From positions 1,432 through 65,431 of the forward strand of contig CALWRM010000061.1 of the NCBI GenBank assembly GCA_944383925.1: a stretch of 64,000 nucleotides of DNA, in the 5' to 3' direction. The notes below the pieces were generated by a model. The model searched no databases, was not told the origin of the DNA, and saw only the letters and a program-made list of their open reading frames with translations. Position numbers and translations under genes: made by a program. Shown here one piece after another: positions 39,661 to 48,448 of this stretch (the first letter of the stretch is position 1; the number at the start of each line of letters is the position of its first letter). This DNA is from an uncultured Clostridia bacterium. Lineage in GTDB: Bacteria > Bacillota > Clostridia > Christensenellales > UBA1750.

Positions 39661-40224
39661 CTAGGCCTGGCCCAGCAGGTGTTCCACCAGGATCTTCACC
39701 CCCAGCAGCACCAGGATGGCGCCGCCGGCCAGCTCCGCCCAGCGCTTGCACCGCATGCCCAGCAGGCTACCCAGCTTCACGCCGACGGTGGACAGCGTCA
39801 GGGTGGTGACGCCGATGAAGCTGACCGCCGCGGCCACGTTCACCCGCAGGAAGGCGAAGCTCACGCCCACGGCCAGGGCGTCGATGCTGGTGGCCACGGC
39901 CAGGGGCAGCATGGCCTTGCAGGAAAGGGAGGCGCTGGCCTCTTCCTCCTCCTTGGACAGGGCCTCGCGCACCATGTTCAGGCCGATGAGGGCCAACAGG
40001 CCGAAGGCGATCCAGTGGTCAAAGGCCATGATCTGGTCCTTGAACTGGTCGCCCAAGAAGGCGCCAAGCAAGGGCATCAGGGCCTGAAAGCCGCCAAACC
40101 ACAGCCCCGCCACCAGGGCCTGGCGCCAGCGCGCCCGGCCGATGGCCAGTCCCTTGCAGACCGACACGGCGAAGGCGTCCATGGAAAGCCCGACGGCCAA
40201 GGTGATCAGCTCAAAAAAACCCAT
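39661..40224 (-). CDS. mntP: manganese efflux pump MntP
   Basis: Trimmed to MGFFELITLAVGLSMDAFAVSV. Second half-repeat ATSIDALAVGVSF. GGAGGG lies 8 nt upstream. Confidence 0.88.
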   Translation of the reverse strand: MGFFELITLAVGLSMDAFAVSVCKGLAIGRARWRQALVAGLWFGGFQALMPLLGAFLGDQFKDQIMAFDHWIAFGLLALIGLNMVREALSKEEEEASASLSCKAMLPLAVATSIDALAVGVSFAFLRVNVAAAVSFIGVTTLTLSTVGVKLGSLLGMRCKRWAELAGGAILVLLGVKILVEHLLGQA

Positions 40225-40254
40225 CAAAACATCCCTCCTGCCTTTGTCTATAAC

Positions 40255-40435
40255 AAAAAAACCCACGGGAAGCGCTGGAGGACGGCTTGTCCCCCGCGCT
40301 TCCCGTGGGTCTCGTTTATTAAGGCAACACCAGGCCCTATCCGCCTACAGCGGCGGGAAAGGTCCAGCGTGTTGGTATTGCCGCGATCTTCGCCCGCCGG
40401 CGAACCGCCAACTACTCCCCCACGGCCGATCTCGA
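40255..40435 (-). promoter_or_regulatory. yybP-ykoY (Mn2+) riboswitch with terminator expression platform
   Basis: Minus strand contains GGGGAGUAG (40424-40412 region) and the 3-prime signature GGACCUUUCC (40365-40355). This is followed by ACCCACGGGAAGCGC...GCGCUUCCCGUGGGU plus U7 (about 40312-40255), immediately upstream of mntP. Confidence 0.72.
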
Positions 40436-40492
40436 CCAAGGGCGATTTTACCATGCATCCTCCTACCACGTCAAGGGCTTTTGCCCCGGCAC

Positions 40493-41281
40493 TCACTCCA
40501 ACAGCCTGGCGCAGACGACCATTCGTCCGTTTTCCGTGGAGTATTCGCAGGTGGACAGGGTCAGCAGCTTTTCTCCGTATTCGGGAACGATGTTTAAGGG
40601 ATATAGGGACATCTCCAGCATTTCGGCGATGCCCTCGTCGAACTCCTCCTTCGTGGCGGGGTCCAGGAAGCGGTAATAGCGGAAGCCCGTCTCCGTGGTC
40701 TTGAGCACCCGCGCCGTAAAACAGGCGAAGATCTCGTAGCATTCCACGCCCTGGTCCGTGGCGAAATAGATCAGGGGATGTTTCTTGTAGAAGACCTCGT
40801 CCTTGTAGCTGAGCAGGTCCGCGAACATGGATCCGTTCTTCATGTTGTGGCCATGGAGCAGCCAATTGACGCTCCTGGGCTCGGTGGAGCAGGCGCCGTC
40901 CAGAAAGATGGAGCCCTCCACCGCGTACTTCTCGTCAAAGCCCAGATACAGGTAGTACTCGTTGTCCCCGGGCACGTGCATCACGGGCGAGGCGATGTTG
41001 GTGTCCGGCACGTACACATAGCCGATGCAGTCCTCGTTCTGCTCCATCAGCTCCTTGGCCTGCTGGGCCTCCTCGGGCAACGCCTCCTCCGGCGTCGCCT
41101 GCACCGTGGCGCTGGGCGGAACGCTGGCCGTCGGGCTTGGTGCGGGGCTGGCCGCCGGGCTTGGTTCGGGGCTGGCCTCCGGGCTGCTCTGGGGCAGCTG
41201 GTCCTGGGCCATGCACCCGCTCAGCGCCGCGCACAGGCACAGGGCCAGCGCCAATGCCCGCAGCCTTCCTCGTCTCGTCAT
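40493..41281 (-). CDS. srtB: class B sortase with lipoprotein-type signal peptide
   Basis: C-terminal 262 codons of ORF 40493..41566: MTRRGRLRALALALCLCAALSGC (lipobox), Pro/Ser/Ala linker, NEDCIGYVYVPDTNIASPVMH, LLHGHNM, catalytic LTLSTCEY. Confidence 0.85.
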   Translation of the reverse strand: MTRRGRLRALALALCLCAALSGCMAQDQLPQSSPEASPEPSPAASPAPSPTASVPPSATVQATPEEALPEEAQQAKELMEQNEDCIGYVYVPDTNIASPVMHVPGDNEYYLYLGFDEKYAVEGSIFLDGACSTEPRSVNWLLHGHNMKNGSMFADLLSYKDEVFYKKHPLIYFATDQGVECYEIFACFTARVLKTTETGFRYYRFLDPATKEEFDEGIAEMLEMSLYPLNIVPEYGEKLLTLSTCEYSTENGRMVVCARLLE

Positions 41282-41426
41282 ACAAACAGCCTTCCTTTCC
41301 TGCCGCCGCCCCACTCTGGGGCGGGAAGGGCGCGGCCGCTCCGGCCGCGCCCTTCCTCCTCGCCCAGCCTCCCGGCCGGGACGCCTGCGGCGCTCTTCTA
41401 TTTTTGCTTGAGGCGCCCTGCCCGGC

Positions 41427-43067
41427 TTAGCGCATGGCGCGGCGCTTGGATACCAGCAGGCAGGCAAGCCCGGCCAGGGCCAGCGCGGACAGGCCGAGGG
41501 CCGCCGCCAGGGGCGCCTCGTCCCCCGTCTTGGGCACGTCGTCGTAGCCGGCGTTGGTCTTTTCAAACTGCACGTAGATCTTGTGGTCCGCGGATACCTT
41601 GGAGAAGGTGTACTGTCCGCCGACGGTGCCGGTCTTCACCCCGTCCACGTACACGGCCAGGATGGAATAGCCGCTCTTGGGCGCGAAGGACACCGTCAGC
41701 GAGCCGTCCGCGCTCACGCGGGTGTAGCCCGAGGGGCTCACGCTGCCGCCGCTGCTGCAATCGGCGTAGATGTAGTAGTAGCTCTGGGAGGAGCTACCGC
41801 CGCCGCTGCCGCCGCCCACGGGATTGCCCGGGATGGCGGACATCTTCTTCCACTCGGCGGTGAGGGTCAGAACCGTCCCGCTATTGGGCTTATCGGGCGC
41901 CTTCACGGCGGCTTTGGCCTTATAGAGCTCCTTGTCCCAGCTGGCGCGCCAGCCCTGGAAGATGAACCCGGAGCGAGAGGGCGCCGCGGCGGTGGTGAAC
42001 TGGTTGCCCGCGCCCACGGTGACCGGATTGGAAGTGGAATCGGGCATGCCGCTCACGCTGTCGCTGGCGTCGGTCTTGTACTCGATCGTAAGGGCAAGCA
42101 CCGCCTTCAGGGTTTCAAGCACGATATCGCCGCTCACGTCTTCGATGGTGTACTTGCCATCGCTGCCCCTATTGGCGGTTTTTTTCTCTCCATCCATCGT
42201 ATAGCTGATGGTATCGGGCAGGACATAGCCCTTATTTGCGGTGAAGCTCACCACAACCTTGCCGCCCTTGGGCACGTTCGCGTTGTCGGAGGCGGGCTTA
42301 CCGTCGCTGGCGTAGGACAAGACGCTGTATCTATCCTCAACCACCGAAGTTTTGTCCACAGGGGTGTCATTCAGCTTTACGCCAAAGCTGTCGGCTTCGT
42401 CCGCATTAGCTTTTTCGGCGGTGAACTGAACAAACGTGATGTCACTGGAAACATTCTCCAGGGTGTAAACGCCGTTTTCGCCTGTAACGGTCTGATTGGT
42501 GTTGTACTTGATCGTTTCGGGGTACTGGTAGCCGGCCTGCAGCTCCAGCCGTACCACAACCTTGCCGCCTTCGTTGACCTCGCTATTGTCTTCATTGTTA
42601 AAGCTGCGGTTGGGGTTGTCGTAGGATAGGATGGAATAGCTGGCGATGCCCTCTCCCTTCCCAGTCTCTTTTACAGTATAAGTCGTTACTTCATTTTTTG
42701 CAGTCACCTGCTGGATCGTGATATTCCCCTGGATGTCCAAAATCGTTCCCTTGCCGTCGGCATCCAGCTTCAGCGTCTGCGCGGTTCCTGTATCGCCTAC
42801 CGTATACTGAATCTCGGTGGGCGATTTGTGTCCGGTCTTGGCCACAAACTGCACCTGCACGGAACCGCCCACGGGCACGGCATTTGCTTCGGCCTTCTTT
42901 CCCTCCGTATCGTAGCAATAGATGCCGAAATAGTAGAAATTGTCCGAATCGTCCGGCAACTTTCCACCATAGGAGACTTTAACATTTCCCGCAAAGGCCA
43001 CGGGCGTCAGCCCCAGCAGCAGGGTCAGGGCCAGCAGCAGGGCAAAAATGGTTTTGCTTCGTTTCAT
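41427..43067 (-). CDS. sortase-anchored surface protein (three about 100-aa repeats, Listeria-Bacteroides-type repeat, VPKTG sorting signal)
   Basis: 546 aa. Signal peptide ending VAFAG. Repeated GGKVVV..F.A..GY..P..I.Y segments. SGFIFQGW. C-terminus VPKTGDEAPLAAALGLSALALAGLACLLVSKRRAMR. Confidence 0.8.
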   Translation of the reverse strand: MKRSKTIFALLLALTLLLGLTPVAFAGNVKVSYGGKLPDDSDNFYYFGIYCYDTEGKKAEANAVPVGGSVQVQFVAKTGHKSPTEIQYTVGDTGTAQTLKLDADGKGTILDIQGNITIQQVTAKNEVTTYTVKETGKGEGIASYSILSYDNPNRSFNNEDNSEVNEGGKVVVRLELQAGYQYPETIKYNTNQTVTGENGVYTLENVSSDITFVQFTAEKANADEADSFGVKLNDTPVDKTSVVEDRYSVLSYASDGKPASDNANVPKGGKVVVSFTANKGYVLPDTISYTMDGEKKTANRGSDGKYTIEDVSGDIVLETLKAVLALTIEYKTDASDSVSGMPDSTSNPVTVGAGNQFTTAAAPSRSGFIFQGWRASWDKELYKAKAAVKAPDKPNSGTVLTLTAEWKKMSAIPGNPVGGGSGGGSSSQSYYYIYADCSSGGSVSPSGYTRVSADGSLTVSFAPKSGYSILAVYVDGVKTGTVGGQYTFSKVSADHKIYVQFEKTNAGYDDVPKTGDEAPLAAALGLSALALAGLACLLVSKRRAMR

Positions 43068-43462
43068 AAGCGTTCACTCCTTATCCATCGTTTTTTCTGG
43101 TTGTCTGCCGGTGTGTTTGTTCCCGGCTCCTTGTTCTTTGGCACGGGGCGCACCACCTCCTTGTGCAAGCCGATCGCGGCCAGGCCCACAAAACCGATTA
43201 CACTTATATTACGAAAGTTGGTCGAAAATGTTTCGGCATTTCGGTTTGTTCCCGCTGGAAATGCCTGGAAGTTGTGTGGCCAACCTTCGCTCATGGAAAC
43301 AGTGTACCCCGCCAATCTGATGGTTGTGCATGCAAGTTGTCACAGCCCTGCAAATGAATTGTAAACATTCGCCGCAGCCCGGGCGTGGCCGCTTAGTTCC
43401 CCTGCCTTTGGGGTATAGTAAGGGTGAGGGGGTCTTCCCCCGGGAAAGGAGGGCTGTTTTCC

Positions 43463-44428
43463 ATGTTGAAACAGGGCAACAAGGTGGTGGTGGTGGGCGC
43501 GGGCCAGGTGGGCGCCACCACGGCCTACACGCTGCTGCTCTCGGGCCTGGTGTCCGAGCTGGTGCTGCTGGACGTGAACGAGAAGAAGGTGCGCGGCGAG
43601 GTGCTGGACCTAAGCCACGGCATACCCCTCTGCCCGCCCGCGGACATCAAGGCCGGCAGCTACGAGGATTGCCGCCAGGCGGACATGGTGATCCTGACGG
43701 CGGGGGCCAACCAGCGCCCCGGGGAAACCCGCATGGATCTAACGCGGAAAAACGCCCAGGTGTTCGCCTCCATCGTGCCCCAGGTGATGCGCTATGCGGG
43801 GCCCAACGTGATCCTGCTGGTGGTGACCAACCCGGTGGACGTGCTCACCTACCTGACCTGGAAGCTGTCCGGCCTGCCCAAGAACCAGGTGCTGGGTTCG
43901 GGCACGGTGCTGGACACCTCGCGCCTGCGCTATCTGCTCTCCACCCACACCGGCGTGGACGCCCGCAACATCCACACCTACGTGCTGGGCGAGCACGGCG
44001 ACACGGAGCTGCCGGCCCTGAGCCTGACCTCCATCGCCGGCATGAGCATGGACGAATACTGCTCCCTCTGCCGCAACTGCCAGGGCAGCCTGCACCAGAA
44101 GGTGGCCGACGAGTTTGACGAAAAGGTACGCCGCGCGGCCTATGCCATCATCGAGGGCAAGGGGGCGACCTATTACGCCGTGGCCCTGGCGGTGCGCCGC
44201 ATCGTGGAGGCCATCCTGCGGGACGAGCAGTCCATCCTCACGGTTTCTTCCCTTCTGGAGGGGGAATACGGCCTGCAGGGGCTTTGCCTGAGCCTGCCCT
44301 GCGTGCTGGGCGGCCGCGGGGTGGAGCGGCTGTTGCCCATCCATCTAAGCCCCGAGGAGGAGGGTCAACTGCGCGCCTCCGCCGCGGCCATCCAACAAGC
44401 CATCCAGGGCCTGGACATGGCCCTTTGA
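43463..44428 (+). CDS. ldh: L-lactate dehydrogenase
   Basis: Trimmed to MLKQGNKVVVVGAGQVGATTAY. ITAGANQRPGETRMDL, GEHGD. GAAAGGAGGG upstream. Confidence 0.92.
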   Translation: MLKQGNKVVVVGAGQVGATTAYTLLLSGLVSELVLLDVNEKKVRGEVLDLSHGIPLCPPADIKAGSYEDCRQADMVILTAGANQRPGETRMDLTRKNAQVFASIVPQVMRYAGPNVILLVVTNPVDVLTYLTWKLSGLPKNQVLGSGTVLDTSRLRYLLSTHTGVDARNIHTYVLGEHGDTELPALSLTSIAGMSMDEYCSLCRNCQGSLHQKVADEFDEKVRRAAYAIIEGKGATYYAVALAVRRIVEAILRDEQSILTVSSLLEGEYGLQGLCLSLPCVLGGRGVERLLPIHLSPEEEGQLRASAAAIQQAIQGLDMAL

Positions 44429-44461
44429 TCCAGGCGCTTCTCTTCCTGGCGATCCCTCCCT

Positions 44462-44496
44462 GGCGCGAAGGCCCCGGCCCTCGCGCCTTTTTCGTT
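44462..44496 (+). terminator. ldh intrinsic terminator
   Basis: GGCGCGAAGGCCCCGGCCCTCGCGCC followed by TTTTTCGTT. Confidence 0.6.
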
Positions 44497-44706
44497 CCAC
44501 GCTTTGCAACACTTGAACAAGCTTTCACATGTTCATTTGATTTTTCCTTGCATCCGTTCCCAACAAACTCCGGTCCGCCAGGTAAAAGTTTTGTGTTTCC
44601 GCATTCTTTCTTGCGTGTTCCTTGATTTTGTAGTAAAATCCCTGTCGAGGCGGCCGGTCGGGCCGCCGCAACCCCCATCCCCGGAAAGGAAGCGGAAAAA
44701 TCCCCT

Positions 44707-45690
44707 ATGTTGGAACACGCTCATGAAAGCGCCGGCCACTTTTCCCTGGTGGCCGAACCCTTGGAGGCGCTGCTGGCGCCCCTGTTGGAAGGCGCGGGCC
44801 TGTCGGAAGCCTGGACCCACGCCCTGGTGCACGCCCTGGCGGACTTCATCGACATCTCCCTGCTGGTGCTGTTGGTGGTCGCCGTGGTGTCCTATGTGCA
44901 AACCTTCATCCCCTATGAGAAGATGCGCAGCCGCTTGGCCAAGCTCCACGGCTGGCTGGGCTGCGGCCTGGCGCTGGGGCTTGGGGTGCTGTCGCCCTTT
45001 TGCAGCTGCTCCATTATCCCCATCCTCATGGGCTTTTTGGCGGCGGGCGTGCCCCTGCCCTATTGCCTGGTGTTCCTAAGCTCCGCCTCGGCGCTGAACC
45101 TCACGGCCCTTGGCGCGGTGTTCACGGGCTTTCCCATCCGCTTTGCCCTGTGGTATCTGCTCTGCGCCTTGGCCATCTGCCTGGGCGGCTCGCTGCTGGC
45201 GGGTTCCTTTGGCGCCTCCTCCCTGGTGCGCCTGGACCGCTTGCAGGTGAGCCATGCCCACCACCACCACGAGCAGGCCCAGCTGGGCAGGCTGCGCACG
45301 GCCCTCTGTTCGGCGGGCAACGTGTACAAAAACGTGTGGCTGTTCCTGTTGCTGGGCGTGGTCTGCTCCACCCTGGTGGCCGCCTTCGTATCCCAGGACC
45401 TGGTCCGTTCCCTGCTGGTGGGCAATCCCCTGGCCCTGCCCCTGGCCACGCTGGTGGGCGGCGCCCTGCATTCGGACGTGTTTTCCATCCTGCCCATCGC
45501 CCAGATGCTGCTGGAACACTCCCTGCCGGTTGCCCTGTGCTTCCTGCTGGCCACCATGCTGTTCTCCATCGCCGAATGGGCCCTGCTGTCCCAGGCCTTC
45601 CGGCCCAAGCTCATCGCCCGCTATTGCGGCTGCCTGCTGCTGGGCGCGCTGGCCTGCGGCCTGCTGGCAAGCGTCGCGGCGGGGTTTTAG
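44707..45690 (+). CDS. permease of the ArsP/YraQ (PF03773-like) family
   Basis: 327 aa, 8 or more TM spans. LSPFCSCSIIPIL motif typical of this family. TTGCGT-17 nt-TAAAAT promoter-like pair about 90 nt upstream. Confidence 0.8.
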   Translation: MLEHAHESAGHFSLVAEPLEALLAPLLEGAGLSEAWTHALVHALADFIDISLLVLLVVAVVSYVQTFIPYEKMRSRLAKLHGWLGCGLALGLGVLSPFCSCSIIPILMGFLAAGVPLPYCLVFLSSASALNLTALGAVFTGFPIRFALWYLLCALAICLGGSLLAGSFGASSLVRLDRLQVSHAHHHHEQAQLGRLRTALCSAGNVYKNVWLFLLLGVVCSTLVAAFVSQDLVRSLLVGNPLALPLATLVGGALHSDVFSILPIAQMLLEHSLPVALCFLLATMLFSIAEWALLSQAFRPKLIARYCGCLLLGALACGLLASVAAGF

Positions 45691-45709
45691 AACGTGCAAA
45701 CGAGGCTTT

Positions 45710-45745
45710 GGGGCGCGAACGCGTGCGGTTCGCGCCCCTATTTGG
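45710..45745 (+). terminator. hairpin after the permease gene
   Basis: GGGGCGCGAAC-GCGTGCG-GTTCGCGCCCC followed by TATTTGG. Confidence 0.5.
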
Positions 45746-45754
45746 TATCCTAAA

Positions 45755-46420
45755 ATGGAATTGTGTCCGCCGGCGGACGGAAAGGGGGGAGCGGCTACGG
45801 AAGGGCTGGCCTATTGGGAGCTGGGGCTGTACGCCGTCGGGGTGGCCCTGTTGCTGAGCGAGGCGGCCACCCCGGGCGTGGGGCTGGCCGGCCTTGGGGG
45901 CATCGCCTGCCTGCTCGGCTGCTTTCTGCCGCCCCTGCTGGCGGGGGCCGTCGCCTGGTACGTCTTCCCGATCGTGGTGGTCAGCTGCGCCCTGCTGCTG
46001 CTGGATTCGCGCCTGCCGGGGGTGGGGCCCCTGGCCTGGCTCGGGCTGATCGGGCTCTTCGCCGCCCTGTTTCTGGCCGAGCAAAACGCCGTGGAGCTGG
46101 CCGTCTCCCTGGCGCTGACGGCGGCGCTGGCCGTTCCGGCGGTCTGCCTTGTGATCCTGCGCCTGCCGGCCTCCAAGCAGATGCGGGACATTTCCCTGGA
46201 GGAAACCCTGCGGGGCAACGGCCTGCAAGCCCCGCCGCAGGACAGGACGGGCGCCTGCGGCCGGGCGCTGAGCGACCTGCGGCCGGGCGGGGTGATCCTG
46301 CTGGACGGCCAGCGCCTGCACGCCACGGCCCGGGAAGGCTTCATCGAGCGGGGCAGCGCCGTGGTGGTGGTGCGCATGCAAAACGGCGAGGCCGTGGTAA
46401 CGCAGGATCGGGAAGCCTAA
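45755..46420 (+). CDS. NfeD-like membrane protein (start uncertain)
   Basis: Tail of ORF 45254..46420. TM region EAATPGVGLAGLGGIACLLG and a C-terminal OB-like segment GRALSDLRPGGVILLDGQRLHATAREGFIERGSAVVVVRMQNGEAVV. There is no good SD before the ATG at 45755. Confidence 0.6.
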   Translation: MELCPPADGKGGAATEGLAYWELGLYAVGVALLLSEAATPGVGLAGLGGIACLLGCFLPPLLAGAVAWYVFPIVVVSCALLLLDSRLPGVGPLAWLGLIGLFAALFLAEQNAVELAVSLALTAALAVPAVCLVILRLPASKQMRDISLEETLRGNGLQAPPQDRTGACGRALSDLRPGGVILLDGQRLHATAREGFIERGSAVVVVRMQNGEAVVTQDREA

Positions 46421-46460
46421 AGCCCAGGCCCCTGCCCGCCCAGCGCCCTAAAGCAACCCA

Positions 46461-46510
46461 GGGCCGCGGACGCCGAAACGGCGTTGGCGGCCCTATTCTT
46501 GCGTCTTTTT
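46461..46510 (+). terminator. terminator after the NfeD-like gene
   Basis: GGGCCGCGGACGCCGAAACGGCGTTGGCGGCCC followed by TATTCTTGCGTCTTTTT. Confidence 0.6.
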
Positions 46511-46960
46511 CCGAAAACCGCCCGGAACCCCCGCACGCGGGCGGCGCGGGAAGCCCCTCGCACCGCTTTCTGGATTGGGGGTTGAAACCCCGGCGCGTGG
46601 GCGGCGCGGAAAACCCTTCGCGGCGCTTTCTGGATTTGGGGGGTAACTTCCGCACGGAAAACCCTTCTCGTCGCTTTTTGGATTTGGGGGTTTCGCCCCG
46701 GCACGTGCGCGGCGCGGAAAAACCCTCGCAACGCTTTCTAGATTTATGGGTTAACCCTCCGCGCGCGGCGCGGAAAACCCCTCGCGGCGCTTTCTTGATT
46801 TTTTTTGGGGGTACCTTCCGCGCGGAAACCACTTCTCGTCGCTTTCTAAATTTGGGGGTTTCGCCCCTGCACGCGCGCGGCGCGGAAACCCCCTCGCGCT
46901 TTGTAGGGTTCGCCCCACGCGCGGGCGGCGCGGGAAGCCCATGGGCACGCGCCTTCCCGC
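46510..46960. repeat. tandem array C: about 7 units of 48-60 bp
   Basis: CGCTTTCT(G/A)GATTT recurs at 46564, 46624, 46672, 46731, 46788 and 46840, with a degenerate copy at 46896. Units contain GGCGCGGAAAACCC(T)TCGCGGCGC and a GGGG-TTTCG-CCCC mini-hairpin. Confidence 0.8.
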
Positions 46961-46970
46961 TTCCCCTTCC

Positions 46971-47022
46971 GGCACAAAAGGGCCGCAGGCGCGCTTTGTC
47001 GCGCCTGCGGCCCCTGTTTGTT
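46971..47022. terminator. bidirectional terminator (serves the minus-strand permease)
   Basis: GGGCCGCAGGCGCG-CTTTGT-CGCGCCTGCGGCCC. TTTTGTGCC follows on the minus strand and CTGTTTGTT on the plus strand. Confidence 0.7.
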
Positions 47023-47039
47023 CTCATCGAGCGCTGTTC

Positions 47040-48371
47040 TTAGATCACCTTGGTGATGATGCGCAGCACGAAGAGCACGAAGGAAACCCACATCACGGGG
47101 GAGATGTCCTTGACCTTGCCGGTGCACAGCTTGAGGATCACCCAGGCCAGCATGCCGAACATGATGCCGTTGGCGATGGAGTAGGTCAGGGGCATGAGCA
47201 GGATGGCCAGGTAGCCGCCCACCACGTCGGCGATGTCGCCCTCGAAGGTCATGTTCTTCACGGCGCCGATCATCAGCAGGCCAACGAACACCAGCGCGGG
47301 AGCGGTGGCAAAGCCCGGAATGGCCACGAAGATGGGGTAGAAGAAGATGGCGATGACGAAGAGGATGGCGGTGGTGACGGCGGTCAGGCCGGTGCGGCCG
47401 CCGGCGGAAACGCCAGCGGAGGACTCGACATAGCTGGTGACCGTGGAGGTGCCCAGGCAGGCGCCCACGACGGTGCCCACGGCGTCGGCCAACAGGGCGC
47501 CGCCGGCGCGGGGCAGCTTGCCGTCCTTATCCAGCAGGTTGCCCTTGCTGGCAACGCCGATCAGGGTGCCGGCGGTGTCGTAGAGGTCAACGAACAGGAA
47601 GGAGAAGACGATGACGCAGAAGTCCATCAGGTGCTGGCCCGCCCAGGCGAAGTCGAACTGGAAGAGGGTAGACTCGCCAACCTTGGGAATCAGGGACCAG
47701 TTGGAGAAGTCGGGCAGCAGGCTCGCGCCCTGGTACCAGCCAAGGAACTGGCAGATGATGCCAAGGATCCAGGTGGCCAGGATGCCGATGAGGATGGAGC
47801 CCTTCACCTTATAGTGATACAGGATGCCGATGATCAGCAGGCCGATCATGGAGAGGGCGAACTCCGCAGAGCCGATGGCGCCCAGATCCACCAGGGTGGA
47901 GCTGCTGGCGATGACCACGCCGGAGCCCTGCAGGCCCACGAAGGCGATGAACAGGCCGATGCCGGCGGTGATGCCGTACTTCAGGTTCGCGGGCACGGCG
48001 TTGACCAGGGCCTCGCGGAACTTGCACAGGGACAGCACGATGAAGATGAGGCCTTCCACCAACACGGCGGTCAGGGCGACGCGCCAATCCACGCCCATGC
48101 CCAGACAGATGGTGTAGGTGAAGTAGGCGTTCAGGCCCATGCCGGAAGCCAAGGCCACCGGGTAGTTGGCGAAGAACGCCATGCACAGCGTGGCGATGGC
48201 CGCGGAGACGGCCGTGGCCAGGAACACCGCGTTGTAGTCCATGCCGGCTTCCGCCAGCATGCCGGGGTTCACGACCAGGATGTACGCCATGGCCAGGAAC
48301 GTGGTGATGCCGGCTACGATCTCGGTGCGCACGGTGGTGTTGTTTTGCTTGAGCTTAAACAATTTCTCCAT
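47040..48371 (-). CDS. NCS2-family purine permease (AzgA/PbuG-like adenine/guanine/hypoxanthine transporter)
   Basis: Trimmed to MEKLFKLKQNNTTVRTEIVAGITTFLAMAYILVVNP. AAGGAGGA upstream. About 12 or more TM spans. Confidence 0.9.
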   Translation of the reverse strand: MEKLFKLKQNNTTVRTEIVAGITTFLAMAYILVVNPGMLAEAGMDYNAVFLATAVSAAIATLCMAFFANYPVALASGMGLNAYFTYTICLGMGVDWRVALTAVLVEGLIFIVLSLCKFREALVNAVPANLKYGITAGIGLFIAFVGLQGSGVVIASSSTLVDLGAIGSAEFALSMIGLLIIGILYHYKVKGSILIGILATWILGIICQFLGWYQGASLLPDFSNWSLIPKVGESTLFQFDFAWAGQHLMDFCVIVFSFLFVDLYDTAGTLIGVASKGNLLDKDGKLPRAGGALLADAVGTVVGACLGTSTVTSYVESSAGVSAGGRTGLTAVTTAILFVIAIFFYPIFVAIPGFATAPALVFVGLLMIGAVKNMTFEGDIADVVGGYLAILLMPLTYSIANGIMFGMLAWVILKLCTGKVKDISPVMWVSFVLFVLRIITKVI

Positions 48372-48419
48372 GCAGATCCTCCTTAGCAAGTCAAAAGTGC
48401 GGTAAGGAAACATAGGTAA

Positions 48420-48448
48420 ACTATAGCACAGGCCCCGGCATTGTTCAA
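48420..48448 (-). promoter_or_regulatory. sigma-A-type promoter for the purine permease
   Basis: Minus strand TTGAAC (48448-48443), a 17-nt spacer, then TATAGT (48425-48420). Leaves a 5-prime UTR of about 45 nt. Confidence 0.6.

Noticed and set aside
40248-40865. 205-aa minus-strand ORF spanning the riboswitch and terminator and the sortase 3-prime end.
   Set aside because: It overlaps the Mn riboswitch and terminator and runs out of frame with the well-supported sortase gene. Its translation has no motifs.
43318-43345. Rex-type operator upstream of ldh (GTTGTGCATGCAAGTTGTCACAG).
   Set aside because: Only the central TGCATGCA is palindromic. The flanks do not form the TTGTGA-N6-TCACAA or TTGTTAA-N4-TTAACAA inverted repeat.
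45254-45754. N-terminal 167 codons of ORF 45254..46420 (Trp/Cys/Pro-rich).
   Set aside because: This stretch overlaps the 3-prime half of the permease gene in another frame and has an implausible composition. The NfeD-like part starts after the permease terminator.
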